The translations under genes and the position numbers were made by a program. From an uncultured Verrucomicrobiae bacterium (GTDB lineage: Bacteria; Verrucomicrobiota; Verrucomicrobiia; Verrucomicrobiales; Akkermansiaceae), in contig CAWENZ010000052.1 in the NCBI GenBank assembly GCA_963810445.1, positions 257 to 64,256 of the forward strand: a DNA stretch of 64,000 nucleotides, read 5' to 3'. This document shows positions 51,700-62,400 of the stretch, piece by piece. The notes below the pieces were generated by a model. It did no database searches. It was not told the origin of the DNA and saw only the letters and a program-made list of their open reading frames with translations. How positions within the stretch are numbered: position 1 is the stretch's first letter; every line of letters begins with the position of its first letter.

Positions 51700-51810
51700 T
51701 CGTATGGTCTTCGGGGACTTGGTGAAATTCCTTAGGCTTCTCGAAATGCCTTACGTCCCGTTACCGAATGTGGCTTGCGCTTTTCACACAGGAGCATTCC
51801 CTTGCATTTC

Positions 51811-52293
51811 ATGATCTCGCTCAATGTCAACGGACAGGTCCATCAGGTGGATGTCCCGTCCAATACCCCGCTTCTCTGGGTCTTGCGTGATATCCTTTTT
51901 CTCACCGGCACCAAGTATGGCTGCGGAATTTCAGTTTGCTGGGCCTGCACGGTCCTGATCAACGGCAAGGAAGACAAGTCATGCGACGTGACCGTGGGCT
52001 CGGCCGCTGGAAAAACGATCACCACCATCGAGGGCCTTTCCACCCTTTCCCCGGATCCGAACAACCCGCTCAACCGCTTGCAACAGGCATGGATCGACCA
52101 TCAGGTGCCCCAGTGCGGATATTGCCAGTCCGGCATGCTCATGCGCGCGGCGGCACTCCTGATCGAGCACCAGGGCGAGGACAATCCGATTCCATCCGAC
52201 AGTGCCATCAACGGCGCCATGCAGAACATCTGCGTCTGCGGCACTTACCAGCGCGTCAAGGCCGCCATCAAGAGCGCCGCCTCGGGTGTCTGA
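51811..52293 (+). CDS. (2Fe-2S) small subunit, isoquinoline-1-oxidoreductase alpha (IorA-like)
   Basis: TPLLWVLRD, GTKYGCG..C..C, QCGYCQSG, NICVCGTY. Confidence 0.9.
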   Translation: MISLNVNGQVHQVDVPSNTPLLWVLRDILFLTGTKYGCGISVCWACTVLINGKEDKSCDVTVGSAAGKTITTIEGLSTLSPDPNNPLNRLQQAWIDHQVPQCGYCQSGMLMRAAALLIEHQGEDNPIPSDSAINGAMQNICVCGTYQRVKAAIKSAASGV

Positions 52294-52309
52294 AACCAAC
52301 CGCAATCCA

Positions 52310-54481
52310 ATGATCCCTTCACCTGTTAGCAAGGCCTGCAAGCTCGACCGCCGCGAGTTCCTCAAGGTCACCGGCGGCTTCCTGCTCGCTGTTAGTTTCG
52401 ACGCGGCAACCAACCGCGCGATGGCTGACACGCCTGCCACCAGCGTGTCCGCATTCATCCGCATCGGTGCCGACGAATCCATCACCATCCTCGTGGGTGG
52501 CGGGGAAATGGGCCAGGGCATCTTCACCGGACTTTCCATGGCCGCAGCCGAGGAGCTCAAGGTGAGTTGGGAAATGGTGAAGGTCGAACCTCTTCCAGCC
52601 AGCCTTTCGTGGCTTTCAGCAGGAAGCGGTGGCATCCGGTCACGACTTCCCACTTTCCTCAAGGCGGGTGCCGCCGCCCGCGAAATGCTGGTGAAAGCCG
52701 CAGCGCAAACCTGGGGCATCGCCGTCACCGATTGCCAGGCGATCAACGGCTCGGTGAAAAACCTCATCACGAACGAAGCCCTCAGCTACGGCACCCTCGC
52801 ACCACTTGCCGCCGCGCTGCCGGTGCCTACGGCTCCTGCCCTGACTCCCTCCAGCGCCTACACGATCATCGGCACTCCCGCCGCACGTCCCGACCTTCCG
52901 TCGAAGACCAACGGCTCTGCGAAATACGGCCTCGACGCGGTCGTCCCCGGCATGGCTTTCGCCATCATCAAACACGCGCCGACCATGGGGGGCACCCTCA
53001 AGAACACGCCTTCCGTCCCATCCGGGGCCAGCGCCGTCGTCCCTCTCGACAATGCATACGCCCTCGTCTCATGGCTGCCCGGTGCCAACACCTGGGGCCT
53101 GATGGAAACCGCCAAGAACGTCAACGCAAGCTGGAACAAGCTACCCGACGTGAACCTGCTAGACAGCAATGTCTTCAAGTCGCAGGCGATGAATCTGCTA
53201 GGTCGCGGCACGCCTTATATCTCGGAGAAATCCGGTGACGTGGACGTCGCGTTCGCCGGCGCGGACCAGGTGATGGAAATGACTTACACGCTGCCCTACC
53301 TCCCGCATGCCTGCATGGAGGTGCTCAACTGCACCGTCCGCATGACGCCCGCCACCGGCACCCCGACCGCCTGTGAAATCTGGGCTCCCACCCAGGCACC
53401 CAACTCGGTTCTAACGACCGCCGCCGCCGTGACCGGGCTACCAAAGTCCGCCATCACTGTCTATCCGATGTTCATGGGTGGTGGCCTTGGCCGGAAATTC
53501 GAACAGGACTACATCACCCAGGCGATCCGCACGGCGATGGCCGTCGGCCGTCCGGTAAAGCTCACCTGGCCACGCGAGGAAGACATGGCGCGTGACCAAT
53601 ACCGGCCCATGGCAGTCACCCGCATCAAGGTAGGACTCGATGGAAGTGGCAACATCACCGCATGGGCGAACCGCCATGTTTCCCCATCCATCTCCGCACA
53701 GCGCGGGCGGAACCTTGGCGCAACCGGCGATGCGAATGCCACCGAGGGAGCGACCGCCTTGCCCTACAAGTTTGGCAACCGCCTCATCGACTACGTGGTC
53801 CATCCATCGCCCATCCCGGTCGGTTACTGGCGCTCGGTTGGTTACTCCATCAACTGCTTCGCCGTGGAAAGCGCGATCGACGAGGCCGCGCTCGCTGCCG
53901 GTGTCGATCCCCTGCTCTTCCGCCAGAGAATGCTCGCCTTCAGCACCGATCCCCTCGCCTCGCGCACGCTCAATGTTCTGAATGCCGCCGCCGCTCTGGC
54001 CGGTTGGGACACGCCGCCTCCCGCAGGGCGCGCACGCGGCATCGCGGTCGGCCAGGCCTTCGGAACCATCGTCGCGGAAGTCGCCGAACTCTCGGTCACG
54101 CTCACCGCCGGAGTCGTCACGAATTTCACCCTGCACAAGGTCTCCTGCGCCGTCGATTGCGGCACCGCCGTCAATCCTGACTCGGTCGAGGCCCAAATGC
54201 AGGGCGGAATTTTCCACGGTCTCAGCGCCGCGAAATGGGGTGAGCTGAAATGGACCGCCGGAGTTTCCAGCGTGAAGAATTTCAACAAATACCGCATGAC
54301 CCGTCTCGGCGAGGCACCGGTGATCAGTGTCCAGGTCGTCAACAGCGGCGCGCCCATGAGCGGCTGCGGCGAACCCGGCGTGCCCCCCATCGCGCCCGCC
54401 ATCGCCAACGCGATCGCGAAGCTCACCGGCCAACGTTTTCGAAACCTGCCTTTCTTTCCAGGCGCAACGATGGCAGGTTAG
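52310..54481 (+). CDS. Molybdopterin-binding large subunit (IorB-like, xanthine oxidase family), Tat signal
   Basis: RREFLK, EMGQG, HACME, WAPTQ, MGGGLGRK, WRSVG, GEPGVPP. Confidence 0.9.
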   Translation: MIPSPVSKACKLDRREFLKVTGGFLLAVSFDAATNRAMADTPATSVSAFIRIGADESITILVGGGEMGQGIFTGLSMAAAEELKVSWEMVKVEPLPASLSWLSAGSGGIRSRLPTFLKAGAAAREMLVKAAAQTWGIAVTDCQAINGSVKNLITNEALSYGTLAPLAAALPVPTAPALTPSSAYTIIGTPAARPDLPSKTNGSAKYGLDAVVPGMAFAIIKHAPTMGGTLKNTPSVPSGASAVVPLDNAYALVSWLPGANTWGLMETAKNVNASWNKLPDVNLLDSNVFKSQAMNLLGRGTPYISEKSGDVDVAFAGADQVMEMTYTLPYLPHACMEVLNCTVRMTPATGTPTACEIWAPTQAPNSVLTTAAAVTGLPKSAITVYPMFMGGGLGRKFEQDYITQAIRTAMAVGRPVKLTWPREEDMARDQYRPMAVTRIKVGLDGSGNITAWANRHVSPSISAQRGRNLGATGDANATEGATALPYKFGNRLIDYVVHPSPIPVGYWRSVGYSINCFAVESAIDEAALAAGVDPLLFRQRMLAFSTDPLASRTLNVLNAAAALAGWDTPPPAGRARGIAVGQAFGTIVAEVAELSVTLTAGVVTNFTLHKVSCAVDCGTAVNPDSVEAQMQGGIFHGLSAAKWGELKWTAGVSSVKNFNKYRMTRLGEAPVISVQVVNSGAPMSGCGEPGVPPIAPAIANAIAKLTGQRFRNLPFFPGATMAG

Positions 54482-54486
54482 CCACC

Positions 54487-55611
54487 ATGAAAACGATCAA
54501 GGCCATCGTGGAACTCGCGGGAAATTTTCCTGCAACGGAAAAGATGGCGATGGCCACCGTCGTGAATGTCCGTGGCTCGGCCTACCGTAGGCCGGGAGCA
54601 CGCATGTTGATCGCACCCGATGGACAGGCCGTCGGCACCATCAGCGGTGGTTGTCTTGAAAACGATGTGCGCGAGCGCGCGGCGGTGGTCGCTACTAACG
54701 GAAAACCTTCCCTCGTGACCTACGACTCGACCGCGCCGGACGACATCGTCTTCGGTCTCGGACTCGGCTGCAATGGAATCGTCCAGGTCCTCATCGAACC
54801 GGTCAATCCGAGTGATGAAAAGGGATTGATTCCCTTCTTCGCATCCTGCGTCGCACGTCGTCAGACCGGACGCGTTGCCACGGTTTTCCGGTCGGAGACA
54901 ATTCCGTTAGGAGCGCGGTTCATGCGTTGGCCGGACGGAAGCATGCATTCCAATTTCAATGATCCCGTCCTGACAACCGCGTTGATCGCCGCGTTTCAGG
55001 AGACCCACCACCGCCGCACCGCCATCCGCTCCATTGATCTGCCGGATGGCCGTAGCGCGGGCGTGTTGATCGAGGCCATCGCGCCACCCGTTCCGCTCAT
55101 CATCTTCGGCGCGGGTGACGACGCGATCCCGCTTGCGAATCTTGCCAAGCTCATCGGCTGGCACGTCACCGTGATCGACGCCCGTCCGGCCTTTCCGACA
55201 CCGGAGCGCTTCCCCATGGCGGACTCCGTCCAATGTCTCACCGCCGACGAACTCGCCTCCAGCCCCGGAGTGGTTTTCCCGCCCGAGACCATCGCGATGA
55301 TCATGACGCACAGTTTCACGAAGGATCGCGAACTGCTTCGCTTCCTTCTTTCCCGCCCGCTCAAGTACCTCGGCATCCTCGGTCCGAAAAGCCGCACCGG
55401 AAACCTGTTGATGGATCTGGAGTGCCACCATCCACCGGCGTATCTGCACGGTCCCGCCGGGCTCGACATCGGCGCGGAAACTCCCGAGGAAATCGCGGTT
55501 TCCATTCTATCCGAAATGCAGGCGGTTCTCTCCAGGCGCGATGGCGGCCCGCTCCAGGAGCGCGACGGTCCGATTCACGATCCGGTCGATCAAAACCTAA
55601 CCGTCCTATGA
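54487..55611 (+). CDS. xdhC: XdhC/CoxI-family Moco insertion chaperone
   Basis: GSAYRRPGARM, GTISGGCLE, GLGCNG, GLDIGAETPEEIA. Confidence 0.9.
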   Translation: MKTIKAIVELAGNFPATEKMAMATVVNVRGSAYRRPGARMLIAPDGQAVGTISGGCLENDVRERAAVVATNGKPSLVTYDSTAPDDIVFGLGLGCNGIVQVLIEPVNPSDEKGLIPFFASCVARRQTGRVATVFRSETIPLGARFMRWPDGSMHSNFNDPVLTTALIAAFQETHHRRTAIRSIDLPDGRSAGVLIEAIAPPVPLIIFGAGDDAIPLANLAKLIGWHVTVIDARPAFPTPERFPMADSVQCLTADELASSPGVVFPPETIAMIMTHSFTKDRELLRFLLSRPLKYLGILGPKSRTGNLLMDLECHHPPAYLHGPAGLDIGAETPEEIAVSILSEMQAVLSRRDGGPLQERDGPIHDPVDQNLTVL

Positions 55612-56213
55612 AAACCGGTATCGTCATCCTCGCCGCCGGAGAATCCGCCCGCATGGGCGAGGCGAAGCAATTGCTCGATTTCCACGGCAAGACCTTGCTC
55701 CAACACGCCATCGACACCGCCCTCGCCATCCCGGATGCGCGGATTGCCGTGGTCCTTGGCGCGCGCGCTGACCGGATCCGGAATCAATGCGATCGATCGC
55801 CCGTCCTCGTCGTGGAAAACCCGGATTGGAAAACGGGCATGGGAAGCTCTGTTAGCTCGGGGCTCCGTGGCGTGCTCGATGACACCCCCGAGATCGACGG
55901 GATCATCTTCCTCACCTGTGACCAACCCCACCTGACACCTTCAATTCTAACGAAGCTGATCTCAGCACGCATGGACTCGGCATGTACCATCGCGGCTGCG
56001 GAATACGATGATTCGCTCGGGGTGCCCGCCCTTTTCGACAAATCCTTGTTCCCCGAACTGCTGGCTCTGGATGGCGCTTCCGGTGCACGTCAGGTCATCC
56101 GGAAACATCGTGACCAAGCGGTGGCTGTTCCATTTCCCAAAGGCTCGATCGATATCGACACCCCATCCGACTACGCGCGATTGCGCGAACCCGAAACCAT
56201 CACACACGCATGA
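55608..56213 (+). CDS. mocA: Molybdenum cofactor cytidylyltransferase (MocA-like)
   Basis: ILAAGESARMG..KQLL, NPDWKTGMGSS, CDQP, DIDTP. Confidence 0.85.
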   Translation: MKTGIVILAAGESARMGEAKQLLDFHGKTLLQHAIDTALAIPDARIAVVLGARADRIRNQCDRSPVLVVENPDWKTGMGSSVSSGLRGVLDDTPEIDGIIFLTCDQPHLTPSILTKLISARMDSACTIAAAEYDDSLGVPALFDKSLFPELLALDGASGARQVIRKHRDQAVAVPFPKGSIDIDTPSDYARLREPETITHA

Positions 56214-58123
56214 AACTCACGAATTTCATTTCCCTGACGAGCGCGCTCATGGCGGCCGCCGCGCAAGCCAACACGCTCACCGTAACCACCACCGCCGACA
56301 CCGGTGCGGGATCCCTCAGGGCACAGATGGCGGCAGCGGCCAGCGGTGACACCATCAACTTCGCGGTCACCGGAACCATCACCCTGACCACGGGGGAAAT
56401 CCTCGCCACCGCCAAGGACCTCACGATCTCGGGCCCCGGCGCGACCAGTCTAACCATCACCACCAACGGCACCACCCGCGCGCTCAGGTTCATCAATTCC
56501 AGCCCGGCTATCCAGGGAATCACCTTCAACAATTGCAAGGGCCTGCCAGGCGACATCGACACCGGTGGAGCCGTCGCCGTGGACAATTTCTCCTCCGGTG
56601 GCTCGGCGAAAATCACTTTCATCAACGACTGCGCCTTCACCAACAACCAATCCGGCTGGGGGGGCGCGTTGGACATCTTCAACGGCGGACTCGTTTTGAG
56701 CCGCTGCACCTTCAGCGGCAACACCTGCACTGGGCTCGCGTTCAGCACCACCGGCGGTGGCGGAGCCCTGAGCATCGGCCCGACCGTAGCCTCATCCATC
56801 ACCAACTGCACCTTCTCCGCTAACAGCCAGAACGGTGCCGCCGCAGGACAGCCCGGCGGTGGAGCCATCTACAACTACGGCTCCGGCCACGCCGATCCCC
56901 CAGCCCTTGCCGTCACGCATTGCACCTTTTACGGAAACATCGACGCTTCCGCCGCCGCGGGAGCCATCAAGGGCAACGACACGAACAGCTATCTAACATG
57001 GGCCGAGCTGGAAAACTGCCTGCTCGTCGGCAACCAGGCACCCGTCAGCATTCTCAGGAATTTTTCCGGCGCTTCCGCTGGTCCCTTGGCCCATGCCTAT
57101 GGATCGCTCGGCGGAAATGTCACGGACGAGTCGCTTAGCAGCGCGCAATTCATGACGACCGCCTTGGACTCGGTGGGCAGTGCCTCGCTCGCGTCCACGG
57201 TTTCTCCCACCCTCGCGTTGAATGGAGGAGTCACCAAGACCCACATGATCCTCCGTGGCTCGCCCGCACAACGCGTCGGTGTCGCCTCGCCCGCCATTGC
57301 AGATCAACGCGGCGCTCTCCGCCATTCGTTATCCGACGCAGGCTCCTACGAACTCATCGAACCGGAAATCAGGCTCTCTCTTGCCGGAACTCCCATCCCC
57401 GAGGGTGGATCACTTGACCTTGGCTCGACGGCTTTCGACACCGCGGTTTCGAAAGTCCTAACCGTCACCAACACGCAATCCAGTGCTTTCGCCAGCGGCC
57501 CCTTGATTCTCTCCAATCCTTCATTGCCCGCTGGAATCTCCATCACCGGCTTCCCAGTTGCCGGACTTGCCAATGGCGAATCCGCCAACTTCACCCTGAC
57601 TCTCGAATCATCCGTCCCCGGCCTCTTCGACGCGCCGATGTCGTTCACGGGCAATGACGCATTTAACCCGGACCTCGCAACTACCGCGCTTGGATCTCCA
57701 AACTCCCACTCCCTCCAGCTCGCCGGTCTCATCACCGACACCATGGCCCACTGGCGCGAGCAAACATTCGGCGCGAACGCCGGAAACGAGGAAATCGCGG
57801 GCGACAACGCCAACCCGGCAGGCGACGGCATCGTGAACCTCCTGAAATATTCCCTCGGCCTCGATCCGAATGTTTCCTATCCACCTAACACCTCTGTCAG
57901 CGCCGATCTCGCCCCATCCGGATTCCTGACCATGAGCGTTACCCGGAACCCGGCGACAACCGATGTTCAGTTGTCAGTGGAGGTCACGGGAAATCTCAAC
58001 TCGTGGGACGCGGAAGGCGCAACCGTCGATGTCGATACCCCGACGACACTTCAGGCCCACGACAACACCCCAATGTCCGCCGCCACCTCCCGCTTCATCC
58101 GCCTCAAGGCCACCCGGCCATGA
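56210..58123 (+). CDS. Secreted beta-helix/adhesin-like protein (choice-of-anchor-like) with conserved C-terminal module
   Basis: TVTTTADTGAGSLR, GGA(I/L/V) + FxxN repeats, LALNGGVTKTH, DQRG, DAGSYE. Confidence 0.75.
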   Translation: MKLTNFISLTSALMAAAAQANTLTVTTTADTGAGSLRAQMAAAASGDTINFAVTGTITLTTGEILATAKDLTISGPGATSLTITTNGTTRALRFINSSPAIQGITFNNCKGLPGDIDTGGAVAVDNFSSGGSAKITFINDCAFTNNQSGWGGALDIFNGGLVLSRCTFSGNTCTGLAFSTTGGGGALSIGPTVASSITNCTFSANSQNGAAAGQPGGGAIYNYGSGHADPPALAVTHCTFYGNIDASAAAGAIKGNDTNSYLTWAELENCLLVGNQAPVSILRNFSGASAGPLAHAYGSLGGNVTDESLSSAQFMTTALDSVGSASLASTVSPTLALNGGVTKTHMILRGSPAQRVGVASPAIADQRGALRHSLSDAGSYELIEPEIRLSLAGTPIPEGGSLDLGSTAFDTAVSKVLTVTNTQSSAFASGPLILSNPSLPAGISITGFPVAGLANGESANFTLTLESSVPGLFDAPMSFTGNDAFNPDLATTALGSPNSHSLQLAGLITDTMAHWREQTFGANAGNEEIAGDNANPAGDGIVNLLKYSLGLDPNVSYPPNTSVSADLAPSGFLTMSVTRNPATTDVQLSVEVTGNLNSWDAEGATVDVDTPTTLQAHDNTPMSAATSRFIRLKATRP

Positions 58124-58129
58124 CGAGGA

Positions 58130-58738
58130 TCAAACGCTCCTCCGCCCCTGCATCGCGCGCATGAGCGTGAGTTCGTCGGCGTGTTCAAGACCACCACCCG
58201 CCGGCAGGCCTTGGGCGATGCGGGTGAGCCTGCAATTTCTCCCGCGCAACAGGTCTGCTAGGTAGTTCGCGGTCGCCTCCCCTTCCACGTCCGATCCCAG
58301 CGCGAGGATCACCTCGATTTCCTCGACGGCCGCCTCGATCCGCCTCACCAGCGAGGGAATGCGCAGGTCTTCCGGCGACACCCGGTCCAGCGGCGAGAGC
58401 TTTCCTCCCATGCAATGGTAGCGGCCACGGAACGACCCCGATCGTTCTAACGGAAGCACGTCGGTCGCCTGCTCGACGACGCACAGAAGCCGGTCGTCAC
58501 GCATCGGGTCATCGCACACCTCGCAACCGGCTTCCGTCGCGAAGAATCCGCAGACAGGGCAAGGCCGGATCGCCGCCTTGGCAGCTAACAGGGTTTCGGC
58601 GAGCGGCGCGGTGTTCGCCTTCGGGCTTTGCAAAAGCCAGACCGCGATGCGTTCCGCGCTGCGTGGACCGACCCCCGGCAAGCGCTTGAGCTCGCCGATC
58701 AATTCCTTGACGGGTTCCGGAAAATCAGCGCGCTTCAT
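58130..58738 (-). CDS. recR: Recombination mediator RecR
   Basis: LPGVGPRSAERIA, C4 zinc finger, CVVEQ, EGEATA, TRIAQGLP. Confidence 0.95.
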   Translation of the reverse strand: MKRADFPEPVKELIGELKRLPGVGPRSAERIAVWLLQSPKANTAPLAETLLAAKAAIRPCPVCGFFATEAGCEVCDDPMRDDRLLCVVEQATDVLPLERSGSFRGRYHCMGGKLSPLDRVSPEDLRIPSLVRRIEAAVEEIEVILALGSDVEGEATANYLADLLRGRNCRLTRIAQGLPAGGGLEHADELTLMRAMQGRRSV

Positions 58739-59202
58739 TTGGACTTGTTAGCTGGAGGTTGATCAGGACCGTCGCAGGGCATGCGGTGCTTTCCAGCGTA
58801 AACCAAGGCACATACCCCGGACCAGAATGTAGCGATCCACGGTGCCCCGATTTCGGGAGCATGCGCAGCGAGCGCAAGAACAGGCGCCCAGCCCGCGATC
58901 ACAACCATCGACGAGACCCAGATCATCACCCGCCGCCAGGTGCCCGCCACGTTGAGGATGGCGAACGGGATTCCGAAGGCGAACACGAACACAAAAAACC
59001 AAATCGACCAGTCCGGCAGCGCCTTGGGAAACGCGTCGATATCTCCATTCGAAGAGAGCCTGGAAACCATCGTGTTCACACGACCCGTGATCTTCAACAA
59101 TCCCAAACCGGCCACCAGGACCACCGACAACAATCCAATGGCCGGCGCGGCGATCTTGACGTGTCCCACATGGCTGGGCGAATTGGATTTTCCGTTAGAC
59201 AT
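58735..59202 (-). CDS. Hypothetical membrane protein (4 TM)
   Basis: Hydrophobic segments; stop overlaps the recR start. Confidence 0.65.
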   Translation of the reverse strand: MSNGKSNSPSHVGHVKIAAPAIGLLSVVLVAGLGLLKITGRVNTMVSRLSSNGDIDAFPKALPDWSIWFFVFVFAFGIPFAILNVAGTWRRVMIWVSSMVVIAGWAPVLALAAHAPEIGAPWIATFWSGVCALVYAGKHRMPCDGPDQPPANKSK

Positions 59203-59435
59203 TCAGTTTGCGTGTCGCCAGTTCCTGCGGTGCATTGGTCGGTGGCACCGGCGACAACCCCACCAGCAAACCCGTCCCGCCGCTCCCTGTCAACCGGTGG
59301 TCCTGAGCTCTCGATTTCGGGCTCAATTCAGGCACGATTTCCGCTCTCTTCAGCGCCTGGCGAAATATCCGCAACCCGGTCTGGAAATCGGACATATCCA
59401 GCCGCTACAATCACCTGCCTTCGAACCATCGCCCC

Positions 59436-62400
59436 ATGAGATTCCCTGTTCCTCTCCGTCGCGTCGCCATTGTCGCGACCCTGATCCTCCTCGTGTCCTT
59501 GGGCCTCATCTGGCAATTGCGTGTCTCGTCGCATTCGGAGGCGGATCGATCAACGCCATCAGCCGGGGAATTTGCGGAAAATTCCAATGTTGCGGACGAT
59601 ATCGCTGGGAAAAAATCCGCTGGTGACTCGACCAAGGATCAGGAGACACAGCCGCCCGCTGCTTCGGTGGCGTCATCGACGCTGCCTGACAACACACCGC
59701 CGACATCCTCCGCGCCGATGAATGTCCCGGCGGGCAACGGACCTCCCGAAATTTCCACCCGTGCAATTGCCGCCAAGGGCAGAACCGTCGCGCAAATCCT
59801 GCAAGACGCCGACATGACCGACCCTGACACCCGCGCAAGGGTCGTGGCGGAAATGAGGTTGCTGGAGGAATCCCAAAAGCTGGCCGTCGAGACCAAGGCG
59901 AATGAACTCGGCATTCCGCTCCGGATCGAGGGTCCGGGCCACAAGCTTTCCACTCTTTACGACATCCGGGATGGCAAACCGCTCTATCGCACGACACTCA
60001 ATGCCAACGCCGCAATTTCCAGCGGTGCCAACCTGCTGTCTCCCTCGCCATACAGCCTGAACGGCTCCGGTATCAGGGTCGGCGTTTGGGATGGCGGCTC
60101 GGTGCGCAGCTCCCACCAGGAACTAACAGGGCGAGCCACCAAGAAAAACGCCTCGGCCGCCGAGGATGACCACGCGACCCACGTGGCAGGGACCATCGGA
60201 GCCTCGGGTGTGCAACCTGCCGCCAAAGGCATGGCACCCCAGATCAACATCGATTCCTACGACTGGAATTCCGACTACGCGGAAATGGCCGCCGCCGCGA
60301 CCACAAGCGCGGGCGATGCGACCGGCCTCCCTCTTTCCAACCACTCCTACGGCTACAACGCCGTCACCGCGGACATGGGACGTTATGAAGCCGAAGCCGC
60401 CGCCGTCGATGCCGTGGCCGCCAGTCTCCCCTACTATCTGCCATTCTGGGCCGCGGGAAATGAGCAGGACACCCTCACCGCAAAGGGCGGCTATCAGTCG
60501 ATCACCTTCAACGGTTTGGCGAAAAACCTCATGACCATCGGAGCTGTCGATGATGCCGTCACCTCCGGAGTTCGCGATCCGGCAAAGGGACTTATCGCCT
60601 ATTTCTCCAGCCTCGGCCCCTGCGATGACGGGCGCATCAAGCCCGACATCGTGGCTAACGGAATCAACCTCTACTCGTCCGTCGCCACCAGCAACACCTC
60701 CTACGACGGCACCTACAGCGGCACCAGCATGGCCACTCCCAACGCCCTGGGCTCGGCATCGCTGCTGGTCCAACTCTACGCCCGCGAGTTTTCCGGCCAG
60801 AGGATGCGTGCCAGCACGCTCAAGGCCTTGCTGATTCACACCGCCGACGACATCGGCACCACCGGACCGGACTACAAGTATGGCTGGGGACTCATCAATG
60901 TGAAAAAGGCCGCGGACCTGGTTCTCGCCCACAAGGCCAGCCTCGCCGCGCCGAAGATGATCGAAGGTAGCATCACCACCGCCGCTTCGACCAAAACCCA
61001 CACCTTCACCTGGGACGGCGTCAGTCCGATCCGCGCCACCGTCTGTTGGACGGATCCTGCTGGCACCGAGCAAACCGGCGCCGACAGCCGCACCGCCAAT
61101 CTCAAGAACAATCTCGATGCGAAGATCACCGCACCGAACGGAACCACGATCTATCAGCCTTACGTGATGCCGTTTGTCGGCACCTGGACGACCGCATCAA
61201 TGGCGAGCGCCGCGACCACCGGGAAGAACAACGTGGACAATGTCGAGCAGGTCTATCTGGCCGCTCCATCACAAGCAGGAAATTACACCGTGACCGTCTC
61301 CCTGAGCGGAGCACTGACCGGTGGTAGCCAGGTCTATTCCCTGATCATTTCCGGCAGCACCGATGTTGAAAGCAACCCACCGCCCACCATCGTTCTAACT
61401 TCTCCGGCGGTTGGAAGTTCTTTCCTGTCGGGTGTTCCGGTGACGGTTTCCGCCACGGCCGCCGACGTGGCGCTCGGCGGCGCTCCGGGAACAGTCAGCC
61501 AGGTGGAATTCTTCAATGGTACCACGTCAATCGGCGTCGATACCACCGCGCCCTATTCGTTGAACTGGTCTCCGCCTGCCAGCGGCACCTACACGATCAC
61601 CGCCAAGGCCACCGACAGCGAGGGTGTTTCCGCCACGTCCACTGCGGCGGTGATCACCGTGCTCTCCGGTGATGGCACCCCGGTCATTTCCTCATTCACG
61701 CCAACCGGCGGCCCCGGCGGTTCGCTTGTCGTTCTAACTGGTTCAAACTTTGTCAACGTCACTTCGGTGAAATTCAATGGGACCGACGCGGTGTTCACCG
61801 TGGATTCGTCGAACCAGGTCACCGTCACTGTTCCCGCGCTTGCGACCAGCGGAACGATTTCCGTGGTCAATTCCTACGGCACCGGAACCAGCGTCGGCAG
61901 CTTCACCGTCGAGGTGGCGCCCGTCCTCATCAGCCAAATCTATGGCGCGGGTGGCAACAGCGGAGCCACTTACAAGCAGGACTACGTCGAACTCTACAAT
62001 CGCGGCACCTCCACCGTCAGCGTCGCCGGTTGGTCGGTGCAATATGCGTCATCTTCCGGCACCACCTGGCAAGCGGTCACGCTTTCCGGATCCATCGCCC
62101 CGGGCAAATATTATCTGGTCGGACTCGGAGGCGGTTCTTCCGGCACGACCCTGCCGACACCGGACGCAAGCGGCAGCATCGCCATGAGCGCGACCACCGG
62201 CAAGATCGCCCTGAGAAACAACGCCACCGCGCTAACAGGATCGTCGCCGCTCGGTGTGAGCGGAGTGCAGGACTTTGTCGGCTTCGGCACGGCAAATGCC
62301 TTTGAAGGTGCAAAGGCACCTGCCCCGTCCACCACCACCGCGATCTTCCGGACCGGTGGCGGTGCGACGGATACCAACAACAACGCGGATGATTTCACGG

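Noticed and set aside
52202-55607. Long upstream extensions of IorB, XdhC and MocA ORFs
   Set aside because: They overlap the preceding genes; downstream ATGs at 52310, 54487 and 55608 fit family starts and operon coupling.
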